Positions 8,609 to 18,923 of a DNA stretch of 64,000 bases are shown here, in pieces. Numbering within the stretch: the stretch's first letter is position 1; each line of letters begins with the position of its first letter. This DNA comes from Candidatus Dormiibacterota bacterium. Its GTDB lineage: Bacteria; Chloroflexota; Dormibacteria; Aeolococcales; Aeolococcaceae. The translations under genes and the position numbers were made by a program. The stretch is taken from contig CAVPXI010000014.1 in assembly GCA_963709585.1 (NCBI GenBank), positions 32,001 to 96,000 on the forward strand. Reading direction: 5' to 3'. The notes beneath the pieces were generated by a model that was not told where the DNA came from, searched no databases, and worked only from the letters and a program-made list of their open reading frames with translations.

Positions 8609-10652
8609 CTATGGCAGGGTGGCGTCGGCGGCGTGAACGAGCTCGCCATTCGCAACCTGGCGCCGACCGAGCGAGTCGACAACCGGCGCCGTCACCTCAT
8701 TGAGCACGTGAGGGCACGCGGGCCGGTCAGTGTCTTGCGATGGCGCTTGATGTATGGGACATCCAGCGGGCGCGGTTGTTGCCGGCGGGGGTTCGCTGGC
8801 GCGCATGCGAGCACGGGCTTCCGCGATCCCAGCCTCGGCATGGAGCACCGTCACCTCGCTCGCCTTCAGTGCAATTGCCAGCCGTTCGACCTGCTCCACA
8901 GCCAGACTGCGAAGGAATCCACCGGGGATCCGTTCGATCCGCTCCTGGGCTTCCGGGCTCCACGGAAGATGTGCTCGCTGCTCGCTGCCCGAGGTCGCAC
9001 CGTCAGCACCGAGTGGCGCGCGATGCGGGCCGGCACCGGCGTCGAGTGCCTCGACCTCAGGGAGGACAAAGGGCGCAGCGACATCGGCGGTGATGGCTGG
9101 AAGCCGTCTGGTGCGTGCGGTTTTTTCGACGATCGCCTTCACCCGGCGACGGAGATACCCGGCCGGAAGCTGCTGCAGGAGCGTCCGCGCTTCAAGGGTC
9201 CAGCCGAGCTTGTGACCATCGAAGGTGTCGCTCGCCATCTCGCCCTCGGCGCTCGCGGCACGGGCTACCGCTCCGACATCGATCTGCTCGAACATGTCGC
9301 CATCGCTCCCGCAGACCGGGCATCGCGCGGGCGCGTCGGTCCGGGCCGCGTAACCGCAGGTGCGACAGATCGCACGAGCGCTTTCCGGGGGAGCCTCATC
9401 GAGCATCGCCGCGGTGGCGGCGTCGAGCGCCGAACTGACCTCCTCAATGCGCCGCATCGTCCGCCGATACGGCATGAGGTCGTCAAGCGCCGTGTCCACG
9501 TCTCCCGAGGACACGACGCTGTGCCCTCGTTCGGTGCACCAGCGCAGGACGGCGGTTCGAGCGAGTCCTCGAGCGGCCGCAGGGACACCCTCCATGCGCG
9601 CCTCTGCCTCCGGCGTCCAGACCACGCTCGCCTCGGCTCGGACATCGATCGGGGGGACGTGCGTCCGGTTGCACACCAGCACGTTGCACGCAGCATTGCG
9701 AATCAGGTGATCCGTGTTGCTGCCGAGGTCCATCCCGGGGGGAGAGTGCACGCCGACACGACCGCATACCAGCAACCAGGCATCGCGTTCAGCGGCATAT
9801 CGCGCCACACGCTGAAACGCCTTGCCATCGAGCAGGGTGATCGGCAGCTCAACACCCATTTCCGCGGCCTGCGCCTGGGCGACGCGCAGATGCGAACTCG
9901 TAGATCTGCGCCAGACCACTGTCGATGATCTCCTCGTGTAGCGCCTCCTGCTCTTTGAAACGAAACACCTTGGAGGCCTTCTCAGAGAGGACATCGACGA
10001 TGCCGTTGAACACGCTGTAATGGAGGTACGGGTCGTAGACCGCCACTGCCTCGACCTCTTTCTTGAGTGCCTGGCCGAGCGAAAGCGCGACCTGCAGGCC
10101 GCCGAACGACTGTGGTGATCCGTCGATGGCCACGATGATGCCGCCTTCCATGACGGCGTCCCCGGTACGGCGCACGATCAAAGAGTCCGTCCGGATTCGT
10201 CGCGCTACGCGATCCGCGACGCTGCCGAGACGTGAGTCCTTAACCGCCCCCGTTCCCAGCGCGCCCATGACGACAAGGTCGGGACGGACCTCCTCGATGT
10301 CGGCGACCAGCTCTTCCCAGTTGCGTCCGTCTCGAGCGCGCGCCTCGAATTCGATCTCGCGCTCGAGACAACGATATCGCATCACATCGGTGTAGCTTTC
10401 GCTGATCAGCTGCAATCCCGTGGTGATCAGCGAGTCATGGATCCGGCGTTGCCGGAGGAGCTCCGCCTCGTCCTGGTACTCGTCCGGGAGCGTGTACTCC
10501 ATCTGTTTGAAGCGGTAGTCGTGCATGCGTGCCGCGTAGACGTGCATGCCGATGCAGCGGGACGAGAACGCCTCCGCAAGCTCGAGAGCCACGGTGGTTC
10601 CAGCATCGGAGTGCTCTGAGTTGTCGAGTGCCACGTAGATGCTCTTGTACAT
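8609..10652 (-). CDS. Multidomain universal stress protein: USP-USP, PCP_red repeats, rubredoxin-like knuckle (one frameshift near 9896)
   Basis: MYKSIYVALDNS...GSVADRV; IIVAIDGS...LGSNTDHL; three W(T/S)xEA..L..(V/I/L)P repeats; CRTCGY...CPVCG. Confidence 0.8.
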
Positions 10653-10772
10653 GGACTCCTGTGCCCCATTGACCGCCGACACACAAGCCGCCCTCGGCCC
10701 CGAATGATACAGGATGTCTACCATATGATGTGTCGGGATCCGAGCCCATAGGTGGCTACTGAGGTGACAGAC

Positions 10773-11490
10773 ATGAGCGACTACACCGCACTCAGAAGAT
10801 CATCCGCACCGCTGCCCGGTCTCCCACGAGCCGGGGGCCGGATCTGCGCCCGGTGGATGTCCCGTCCCGCAGGGGGCCCACTGGACGGAAGACGGGCATC
10901 AGGTGGCGCTGAAGACGGCAAACGCGCATGCCGCAGCGAGCCATCTGGAGGCCGAGCGTGCTGCGTCGATGGCGCACGCGGTTGCGGATCAGCGCGCCGG
11001 CGATCGCGGGGTGGACGAGATCAACGAACGCTTCATCGCGCTGATCGGAGGGAAGCTCGGATACGGGCACCCGCTCAGCGGACGCACAGGGACGCTCGAG
11101 TTCACCTGGACGCCCGAGGCGGAAGAACGGCTCAAGGAGGTGCCGGAATTCTGCCGCGAGCTCACCAGGTGGCGAGTTGAATGGACTGCGCACAAGAAGG
11201 GGCTCGGATCCGTGATCACCCCCGACGCCATGGAAACGAAGTACGAGCTCTGGGGCGAGGTCTCACATCGGATTGAGGCGCGCGGCGGCCAGAGCCTCCC
11301 GTGGACCCCGAGCGCGCTCGCGCGTCTGGACCGCGTGCCCGACTTCGTTCGCGGTCAGGTGATCGAGGCAGTGGAGGGCGGGGCTCGGCGGCTGCATCAG
11401 GACCTCGTCGACGACACGGTCCTCGACGACACGATCAGGCGATGGACGGCCACCGGCGACTTCCATGAGGGCCGCTTCGGCTTTCGCTGA
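10773..11490 (+). CDS. PCP reductase (PCP_red) domain protein with N-terminal CP motifs (probable frameshift near 10790)
   Basis: FTWTPEAEERLKEVPEFCR and LPWTPSALARLDRVPDFVRG; frame extends upstream of 10903 as HRCPVSH...GCPVPQG; RBS GAGGTG before ATG at 10773. Confidence 0.7.
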
Positions 11491-11541
11491 CCCGGCTATG
11501 GATTTGCAGACGCAACAAATCACCCCAAGGAGAACGCCCCG

Positions 11542-11820
11542 ATGAGCAACACTCGGCGCGACGCAGAAACTCAGTCTCCCAACCGTCCGGAGGCTACAGG
11601 TGCCCGTGACAACGGAGCTACCGCACTACCCGCATCGATCGACAAAGAGAAAACGCCGGAGTTTCACCCTCAGACCGCGCGTGAGGTCGTCGAAAAGGTC
11701 AAACAAGAGACATCTGAGGGACCAGGCATCGTTGTCAAGGCGAAGGCCGCACTGGAGGAGGTGGATCGTCAGGTGGCCGGCGAGTATGAGAAGCGTGAGG
11801 ATCGCGTCGGGACCGAGTAA
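11542..11820 (+). CDS. Hypothetical hydrophilic protein
   Basis: 92-aa ORF with AGGAG RBS. Confidence 0.6.
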   Translation: MSNTRRDAETQSPNRPEATGARDNGATALPASIDKEKTPEFHPQTAREVVEKVKQETSEGPGIVVKAKAALEEVDRQVAGEYEKREDRVGTE

Positions 11821-11915
11821 AGCGTCTCGGGCTTCATGGAGGCCGCGTTTCTGAGCCCCAGCCGCCGACCGCAGAGCGGCGGAGCGTCGCCAGGCGCCAT
11901 CTCGGTAAACGGGTG

Positions 11916-12020
11916 AGGTCATCCTCGAACACCTCCAGGACGACCCGGTAGCGCTGTCCACCGGGTTCAACTCCACAAGCACGAACCTGGTCCCTCCGAT
12001 GGCCTCAGTCCTTGCGGACG
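11916..12020. repeat. ~105-bp imperfect direct repeat, copy A (copy B at 17970..18074)
   Basis: Direct alignment with ~15 differences, e.g. shared GGTTCAACTCCA, CCTGGTCCCTCCGAT and CTCAGTCCTTGCGGACG. Confidence 0.9.
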
Positions 12021-12285
12021 TTAGCCGCCACTGCAACGGTTCCAGCCGGTGTTTCAGGAGCAGCGCTGATGCTCCCATTCCAGGTGAGCATCCTCGGCAC
12101 GCCAAGCCCCGCCGTCACGCCGACAAACCTGCTCTACAACGTCGTCGCGACACCCGGGGCGCTGCGGCGGTATTGGCGTCAGGGCCAACGCGGTGGTCAC
12201 CTCGCTCGCCCGCTCCTCATCGGGACGCTCCCGGGAGTCGTCATCGGGTCGATCGTTCGTGTTGAGCTTCTGCGCATCGGCTCCG
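12021..12285 (+). pseudogene. Fragment of a TauE/SafE (sulfite exporter) family membrane protein
   Basis: PAGVSGAALMLPFQVSILGTPSPAVTPTNLLYN...GTLPGVVIG; N- and C-termini missing. Confidence 0.7.
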
Positions 12286-12491
12286 TCTCACGGGCTCGAC
12301 ACTGGTGGTCATGGCAGCAGCTGTTGGCTGCGTGGGCGGTATCTACGGCATCAGTGGGGGGTCAATCCTGGCCCCGATTCTCATCGGCGCGGAATGAGGA
12401 GCCGACCGCGGACGATCGGGCCACACCTCCCACGAGCCCTGAAGCTGCACTGGGTAACGCGTGCTGGCCGCGCTCTGGGCGGCTGCACCCG

Positions 12492-13420
12492 TCAAGTCAT
12501 GTGGGCGCCCCACGTCGTCCTGAGCGATTGACCCGGCTCCAGTCGTATCAAGCCATCGCCGCTCTGGAAGGCGTTCGGTGGGCACGTCATCGGCTCGGTG
12601 CCGAGACCGCGACGCCGCCGGCCGGGCTCAAGCGTGTCGCCGGTATATATCTCGAGAATCGGGTAGTGCTCGTCCACCAGAGCTCGACACAGTGTCCATC
12701 GAGCCCTGAGAGGCGGACCCATGCCCGGCCAAACTCGTCACGAGCCAGGTCGGTGAAGGCGAAGTCCACCTGCTGGCTCCCAATCGGCCTGGGCTCGGAG
12801 AAGTCGAACGGCGTGCCGGCCACGGGTTCACTGCCGGTGGGTAACTGGCGGACGGCGTCGGTCAGGATCCGGGTCCCGGCATCGAGCTCCAGCGTGCAGG
12901 CATCGATGAGTTCGGTTCCCGGTGAGAGGTAGGGGTGCTGGCCGCAGCCATACGGGCACGGCGACGCGCCGACGTTGGTGGCCGTGGTCGCCACGACCAA
13001 GCCAGCGTCGCCGAGCTCGTAGGCAACGCTGACATCGAGGCTAAAGGGATACCCCGTCATTGCATGGAGCCTCGTTGCCATCACGACACGGTTCGCTGTC
13101 CGCTCGACCGCGCGCCAGGAACGCCAGCGCAAGAGGCCATGGATGGCGTTGCTCTTCTCCGGCTCGGTCAGCGCCAGCTGGTAGCCGGTCCCATCGAACC
13201 GGTAACGCCCGTCGGCGAGGCGGTTGGGCCACGGAACGAGCACATTGCCGTGCGCCCCATCGCACATGGCGTCGATCGGAAAAGGGTCAAGGACGAGGCG
13301 TCCGCCCACCTCGTACTCGCGGACACCGCCGCCGACCTCGACGATCGTCGCCCGCTGACGCCCACTCGCGATCTCGAACTGCTCACCGGACGGCGCAATC
13401 GTCACCTGAACACTGGCCAT
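12492..13420 (-). CDS. Aldose 1-epimerase family protein (frameshift near 12680)
   Basis: PWPNRLADG, NAIHG, GYPF, GQHPY; C-terminal EPMTCPPNAF in the adjacent frame. Confidence 0.85.
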
Positions 13421-14016
13421 TGCGCCGGCTTACCGTAATCGCTCGTGGAACACCTCGGAGATCAAGCTGCAGAACAGGGCACCGCCCGGCGAACAACTCG
13501 GCTTGGGACGACCGAGACACGGCGACACATCGGGCTCGCGTCGAGGATGGTTGGAACACACACATTAATACAGTACGTGCCCCGATTCGGCGTTCTTGTC
13601 GGACCGGACCCATCTTCGAATCCGGCTGGTCAAGTCCCGGGTAGTGGTGTGAATTCGGTGGACTGCTCACAACGTTCGTGTCCGTCAAATCGGGGCACGC
13701 CCAACGAGGCGATGTCGGCGTCGCTACAGGTTGAGCAGAGGGCCGGATCGAGCCCAAAGTGTTTATGCGTTTCCACTGAGCCAATCGTACCCAGACCGCT
13801 AGGTAGGTCGCGGCGATGTGCGCTCACCGGCCGCCCGCCGCCATTGTGTCGCGCAGCCCGGTTTCTGCGTCGTCGCAGCCGAGGTCAGAGCGACAGGCCG
13901 GCATGCTCGACTTGGTCGGCAGCGCGCCGGGCGCGTCGGTGTGTGACGTTGCCGCCTGTGTAGTGCGGGTACGCGACGCCGGTTTTCAGGTTGTCAGATG
14001 CGGTCATCGTCCAGTA

Positions 14017-14463
14017 CTACCCAGTGCAAGCCGCGATGGTGAACGCGCCACTCACGCTCATCTCATTGTCGGCCTGGAACTTGTAATGCCACGTGCCCAC
14101 TTGCGTCAGCGGACTATAGGTGCCACTGGGATTCACGTTCTGGTACACGATGACGGATGCACCAGTCGGCGGATACACCGTAAGCTGGTAGTAGACGTTA
14201 CCAGCGCCACTCCATGTAATTTCGCCACCGCCAGCGGTACCAACCGGATCACATGCGGTCACAGTGATTGTAGGCGTGACCGGTGCGGGCGTTGAGATAG
14301 GTGTCGCGGTGGGCGTCGGCGCTACTGTCGCGCTGGGAGCCGGCGCTACTGTCGCCCCGACAGTCAGCGCGGGAGTTGGGGAAGCAGTCGGCGCGATTGT
14401 CGAGCCACATGCCGCGAGGCCAAGGGCGGCGATCGCATAGCCGATGGCGATTGTGACTTTCAT
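14017..14463 (-). CDS. Pro/Thr-rich lipoprotein
   Basis: MKVTIAIGYAIAALGLAAC lipobox, PT linker, beta-rich domain with two Cys. Confidence 0.7.
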   Translation of the reverse strand: MKVTIAIGYAIAALGLAACGSTIAPTASPTPALTVGATVAPAPSATVAPTPTATPISTPAPVTPTITVTACDPVGTAGGGEITWSGAGNVYYQLTVYPPTGASVIVYQNVNPSGTYSPLTQVGTWHYKFQADNEMSVSGAFTIAACTG

Positions 14464-14710
14464 TTTCTGCCTCTATCCATTCAACCCATTCAACGCGAAT
14501 ACTTCATCCGCGGTTATGGCATTTATGTGCCGCCGGTCGAGGGCAGCCATGCTGACGAGCCGCCCGCTATGACGCTGTGCGCGTCGGTACGGCGTCGAGA
14601 GGTTCAGGAAGGTGTGGGCCGCTCACCCGCGAGGAACTCGTAGCCTGGCCGTTGGTTCATCAACGACACGATCGGGGTCTGTTCGATGACGGCAACGAAA
14701 TTGACTTCCC

Positions 14711-14884
14711 ATGACTGACCACGACATGCACGGGCTGGGCCGCAATGACATCGCCAAGAAGGTCGACAACGCGGCGCGCAGGGCGGCGGAGTCCCCTGCC
14801 CATTTGAGCGACGAGCTCGCCGGCCTGCTCCGCGAGATCGCCGAGAACCACCGTAAGTTGGAAATGCTTGAACTCCAACGCTGA
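14711..14884 (+). CDS. Putative 57-aa small protein (below the ORF-track cutoff)
   Basis: MTDHDMHGLGRNDIAKKVDNAARRAAESPAHLSDELAGLLREIAENHRKLEMLELQR; GC-rich third positions. Confidence 0.35.
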   Translation: MTDHDMHGLGRNDIAKKVDNAARRAAESPAHLSDELAGLLREIAENHRKLEMLELQR

Positions 14885-14917
14885 AGACCTTATGAGCGGA
14901 GGCCTGCCCCACAGGAC

Positions 14918-14936
14918 TGAACGTCTGTTCTAGAAT
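14918..14936 (+). promoter_or_regulatory. Palindromic operator plus -10 box of a leaderless tetR
   Basis: GAAC-GTCT-GTTC immediately followed by TAGAAT, 6 nt before ATG at 14943. Confidence 0.5.
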
Positions 14937-14942
14937 CTGCAC

Positions 14943-15587
14943 ATGCGTGCAGCACCCGGCGACCTCACCGCCGCAGCCGCAATTCGGGAGACAGCCATGC
15001 GGCTCTTCGCCCAGCGGGGTGCCGCTGCAGTGACCATTCGCGAGATAGCTGCCGAGGCCGGGGTTTCACCCTCGCTGGTCATTCACCACTACGGATCGAA
15101 GGAGGGACTGCGGGACGCCGTCGACAAGCGAGCGATCGCCCTCGTCGACGCGTTGGTTACCGAACTCACGACCTCTTCGAGTGGTGGGCCGAGCGCGTCG
15201 CTGGCGGCAGCCCTCGCCGGGGAACTTGAAGGCGATCCGCTGCTCCCCGCGTACTTGCGACGTCTCCTCATCGACGGCGGCACGCCTGCCGAGACGCTCT
15301 TTCGGCGCCTTTTCGAGGCGGTGCTCTCGGGCTTTGCAACCCTTGAAGCGGCAGGGCTGGTGCGCCCTTCGGCCGACGCCGAAGTCAGAGCCGCCTTCCT
15401 GTTGGTCAATGACCTCGCGGTTGTGCTGCTTCGTGACCAGGTGCACGAGGTCCTCGGCATTGATCCCCTCGCACGCTCGGGCATGGAGCGCTGGACCACC
15501 CAAGTGCTCGACGTCTATTCGCGCGGGGTGCTGACGATCGGTGAGGTCTCCTCCACTGAAACGGATCCGTCTCGTGGGGCCGCGTGA
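14943..15587 (+). CDS. TetR/AcrR family regulator
   Basis: HTH TIREIAAEAGVSPSLVIHHYGSKEGL. Confidence 0.95.
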   Translation: MRAAPGDLTAAAAIRETAMRLFAQRGAAAVTIREIAAEAGVSPSLVIHHYGSKEGLRDAVDKRAIALVDALVTELTTSSSGGPSASLAAALAGELEGDPLLPAYLRRLLIDGGTPAETLFRRLFEAVLSGFATLEAAGLVRPSADAEVRAAFLLVNDLAVVLLRDQVHEVLGIDPLARSGMERWTTQVLDVYSRGVLTIGEVSSTETDPSRGAA

Positions 15588-16501
15588 TGACGGTTGTGGT
15601 GCGCGCGGAGAACCTGACCAAGACCTTTGGGACACACCGTGGCATCGTCGGCGTTGACGTCAGCGTCGCGGAGGGAGAGATCTTCGGGTTCCTTGGCCCG
15701 AACGGGTCCGGCAAGTCAACAACGATCCGTCTCCTGACCGGCCTCTCACGTCCGACGTCGGGCACCGCAAAGGTCTTTGGACTCGACCCCTTCGCCGACG
15801 CTGTCGAGATTCATCGACGCGTCGGTTATCTTCCAGGGGAACTCGCGCTCCACCGTCGCCTGACCGGGCGGCAGCACGTCGACTTCGCTGCCAAGGTCCG
15901 CAGTCTGCAGGACAGAATCTTCCTCGATGAACTGGTGGACCGGTTCCAGGTCGACCTCGAGCGGCCGACCCGCAAGTTGTCCAAGGGCAATCGACAGAAG
16001 ATCGGCATCCTGCTCGCCGTCATGCATCGACCTGAGCTCGTCATCCTCGACGAGCCCACATCGGGACTCGACCCCCTGATGAAGGATGAGTTCGAACGTC
16101 TGATGCGTGAACTGGTCAGCACCGGGGCGACCGTCTTCCTCTCTTCCCACGAACTCGACGAAGTGCAGCGGGTCGCGACGCGCGTGGCGATCATCAAGGA
16201 CGGGCGCCTCGTCGTCACCGACACGGTCGAGGCGCTGCGGCGGCGGGCGCCGCGGACCATCGAGTTCTCCTTCCCAAAGACCGTCGATCCGAGGCCCTTC
16301 GCATCGATCGAGGGCGTTCACGTCGTCGCCGCCACTGGGACACGCATCACGTTGGCGCTCCTCGGTGCTGTTGCTCCCGTCCTTCAAGTCGCTGCCCAGC
16401 TCGATCCGGTCGACGTGGTCGCGCGCCCAGCCGACCTCGACGAACTCTTCCTCACCTACTACCGAGACCAATCCGCGGAGGAGCCCGTCGGTGCGCGCTG
16501 A
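15584..16501 (+). CDS. ABC transporter ATP-binding protein
   Basis: GPNGSGKS, LSKGNRQK, ILDEP. Confidence 0.95.
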   Translation: MMTVVVRAENLTKTFGTHRGIVGVDVSVAEGEIFGFLGPNGSGKSTTIRLLTGLSRPTSGTAKVFGLDPFADAVEIHRRVGYLPGELALHRRLTGRQHVDFAAKVRSLQDRIFLDELVDRFQVDLERPTRKLSKGNRQKIGILLAVMHRPELVILDEPTSGLDPLMKDEFERLMRELVSTGATVFLSSHELDEVQRVATRVAIIKDGRLVVTDTVEALRRRAPRTIEFSFPKTVDPRPFASIEGVHVVAATGTRITLALLGAVAPVLQVAAQLDPVDVVARPADLDELFLTYYRDQSAEEPVGAR

Positions 16502-17279
16502 CATCGCCGTCATCGACCTCCGCTTGCGCCGGCGAGCACTCCTCAGCTACGTGGTCGGGATGGCGCTGTACGCATTGGTCATCGTGGCGCTGTACCCGCA
16601 GTTCAAGGGCGCCACGAGCCTCGACCAACTCACGAAGAACGGGTCGACAGTTGCGGCACTCTTCGGGGCGACGGGGTCACTGACGTCACCGAGCGGATGG
16701 CTCGACGCCAACATCTACGAGAACTTCCTCCCGCTCATCATGCTGCTCATCACCGTGGGCTACGGCGCGTCATGCATTGCCGGACAGGACGAGGACGGCA
16801 TACTGTCGCTTGCCGTGATCCTCCCCATATCGCGACGCGCCGTGGTGCTGCAAAAGGTTGGAGCGTTGACGGTGCAGGCGCTGCTGCTGGCGATCGCAAC
16901 CATGGGGTGCATCCTCATCGGCAGACAGTTCGATCTCTCCTTCCCGTTCACGCATCTCGCCGGCTTGAGCCTTGGCGTCGCGCTCCTCGGTGTCGACTTC
17001 GGGCTGTGCGCGGTCGCCGTCGGGTCGATCACCGGTAGCCGCGGGACTGCGCTCGGCGTCACCGCGACGCTGGCCGCCACGTCATATCTGGCGAGCTCAC
17101 TTGCGCCGGTGATCGGATGGATTCGCCCAGCTCGGTACGCTTCGCTCTTCTACTGGTCAGTCGGAAACCAGCAGCTCGCCGACGGTCTCAGCCTCGCGTC
17201 CGTTGGGGTGCTGATCTCCGTGGGGGCCCTCCTGACGCTGGCCGCCGTTGTCGGATTCCAGAGGCTCGACCTTCACTGA
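16491..17279 (+). CDS. ABC transporter permease
   Basis: Hydrophobic C-terminal part of ORF 16107..17279 from GTG at 16491; IAGQDEDG motif. Confidence 0.85.
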   Translation: MRADIAVIDLRLRRRALLSYVVGMALYALVIVALYPQFKGATSLDQLTKNGSTVAALFGATGSLTSPSGWLDANIYENFLPLIMLLITVGYGASCIAGQDEDGILSLAVILPISRRAVVLQKVGALTVQALLLAIATMGCILIGRQFDLSFPFTHLAGLSLGVALLGVDFGLCAVAVGSITGSRGTALGVTATLAATSYLASSLAPVIGWIRPARYASLFYWSVGNQQLADGLSLASVGVLISVGALLTLAAVVGFQRLDLH

Positions 17280-17494
17280 TTCAATCAAGACGGTCTGTAT
17301 CGCAGCCAGGCGGCGCCAACTCTCGCCCGCATCGGCTCGGTCGCCAAGGCGATGTGGACAGCGCTCCGTCAGCGACCGCCGATGGCGGCCGGCTGCGCCA
17401 TCTGGAGTGGATGTACAACGACGGCGCCACGTGTTCGCGAGTGAGAGAAAGCGCCCTGGCGCCGCCGCATTGGAGGAAATGGGGCTGATGCTTC

Positions 17495-17701
17495 CTAGCT
17501 GCTGAGACCGTGGCTGATGTTGGAGAACACGTTGTTCACCTGATGGCCGACCGTCGTGAGGATGACGATGACCACGATCGCAATGAGGACGAGGATTAGG
17601 GCGTACTCCACCATCCCCTGTCCACGCTCGTCCGAACCGTCGAGCGCCTCTTCCAGTCGCGTCAACGCGAACTCACGGCAGCGGATGACCGAGGATTGCA
17701 T
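17495..17701 (-). CDS. Flp family type IVb pilin
   Basis: ERGQGMVEYALILVLIAIVVI Flp motif (G-cleavage, E+5, Y); RBS AGGAG. Confidence 0.9.
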   Translation of the reverse strand: MQSSVIRCREFALTRLEEALDGSDERGQGMVEYALILVLIAIVVIVILTTVGHQVNNVFSNISHGLSS

Positions 17702-17969
17702 GGCTTCTCCTGAGCACTGATGATTTGAGATCACAATGCAAGACCGACTTGAAAGCCGCTGAAATACTCAGTGACAAGGGCTCGTACCACCAGGCAACCC
17801 CGCGTGACGAGGATGTGACGTCGTGCCCGGGTCCCCTGGGTTCGAACAAGGCTGGGAGCAACCGGGGCAAAAGGCCTCGACGTGCTGGTTAACCCTATGC
17901 GAGAGGTGATGCGTGCACACGGTCTATGCCGTCAGGAGCGCATAGACGAGGAACGCGTAGGCGATGGGC

Positions 17970-18074
17970 AGGCCATCTGGAGCACCTACATGACGACCTG
18001 TTAGCGCCGTCCACCAGGTTCAACTCCATAAGCACGTACCTGGTCCCTCCGATAGCGCTCAGTCCTTGCGGACG
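17970..18074. repeat. ~105-bp imperfect direct repeat, copy B
   Basis: Aligns with 11916..12020. Confidence 0.9.
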
Positions 18075-18390
18075 AGCGGACTGGAGGGAAGCCGGCTATG
18101 TCAAGCATCAGGCGGACGCGCCGCACACCGTCAAGCATCTCTTGGACCTGCGGTGTCAAGTATGTGCCGGACTTCTACACTGCTCTCCGGCAGCCAAAAC
18201 TGTAAGCGCTATGTATGCGCTGGACTGCCACAATCTCTAGGAATGAGCAGCGGTAACCGGCCTCAACTGTGGGGAATGATGCCTTTTGCTGGAAAAGCCA
18301 TCATTCCCGTTTAGAGCACTACACCCCGTGGCGCGTAGGCGCCCAACACCCCTCGCAACCGCCTCCACGCGAACTCAACTTGCGCGTCCG

Positions 18391-18439
18391 TCGGGGAGAC
18401 AGGACTCGAACCTGCGACCCCCTGGTCCCCCAGACCAGT
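18391..18439 (-). repeat. att-like copy 1 of the tRNA-Pro 3' half
   Basis: Matches 39629..39676 apart from one extra C. Confidence 0.95.
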
Positions 18440-18596
18440 CCTCATTTCCCGATGAATGCTGAGTTCGATTTAGAGTAGTTTTATGCGGAATTGGTCGGAA
18501 TGACGACTAGTCCCTCCGTGTTGGAAAGCGCTGGAATCGACTGCAACTGCATGGAATCCGGGCGACCCGGTGCGGGTTGAGGTTCGCAACCAGCGG

Positions 18597-18923
18597 TCAG
18601 GCCCATTCGTGGTCGACGAGATCTCGAAGAGCCGGAAGATCTGTGGCGAGGTACTCCCAGACGCGTTCCATCGCAACACCCATGTAAGCGTGAGCCACCA
18701 CGTTACGAAAGCCGACGATGGCCCGCCATGGAATAGCTGGATGGCGTTCCTTGAGGTCATCGGAGAGCCGGCCGGCGGCATCGGCAAGAACCTCCATCCG
18801 TCGGACTACGGCGTCTTGCAGCAAGTGTTCGGCGAGAAAAGCTTCTCGGCCGCGAGCCGAGTATTGAGCAAGAAGGTCGAGGCACTCAGCGATGAAGCCC
18901 AGCAGCTCATTATCGGTGCTCAC
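18597..18923 (-). CDS. HepT-like HEPN ribonuclease toxin (DUF86)
   Basis: DAVVRRMEVLADAA...IPWRAIVGFRNVVAHAY (RxxxxH). Confidence 0.9.
   Translation of the reverse strand: MSTDNELLGFIAECLDLLAQYSARGREAFLAEHLLQDAVVRRMEVLADAAGRLSDDLKERHPAIPWRAIVGFRNVVAHAYMGVAMERVWEYLATDLPALRDLVDHEWA

Noticed and set aside
7919-9928. Long plus-strand ORFs antisense to real genes (e.g. the 669-aa ORF; also 27691..29109, 44051..45481, 51687..53015)
   Set aside because: Shadow ORFs typical of high-GC DNA; they have no motifs, while the opposite strand has clear family signatures
8609-11490. Photosynthesis or chlorophyll biosynthesis, suggested by the PCP_red domains
   Set aside because: Only the small C-terminal-type domain is present; there are no BchL/N/B catalytic subunits or reaction-centre genes in the window
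11916-12020. Hammerhead ribozyme, suggested by the GTCCGCAAGGAC hairpin
   Set aside because: The required CUGANGA and GAAA core nucleotides are absent around the stem in both copies
14919-14930. LexA (GAAC-N4-GTTC) SOS box
   Set aside because: It is better explained as the TetR autoregulatory operator abutting its -10; no DNA-repair gene follows
17780-17900. c-di-GMP-I riboswitch upstream of the Flp pilin
   Set aside because: Only a GCGGGGTTGCC-like 3' piece is visible on the minus strand; the GGCAAA/GAAA/GCAAAG elements were not found
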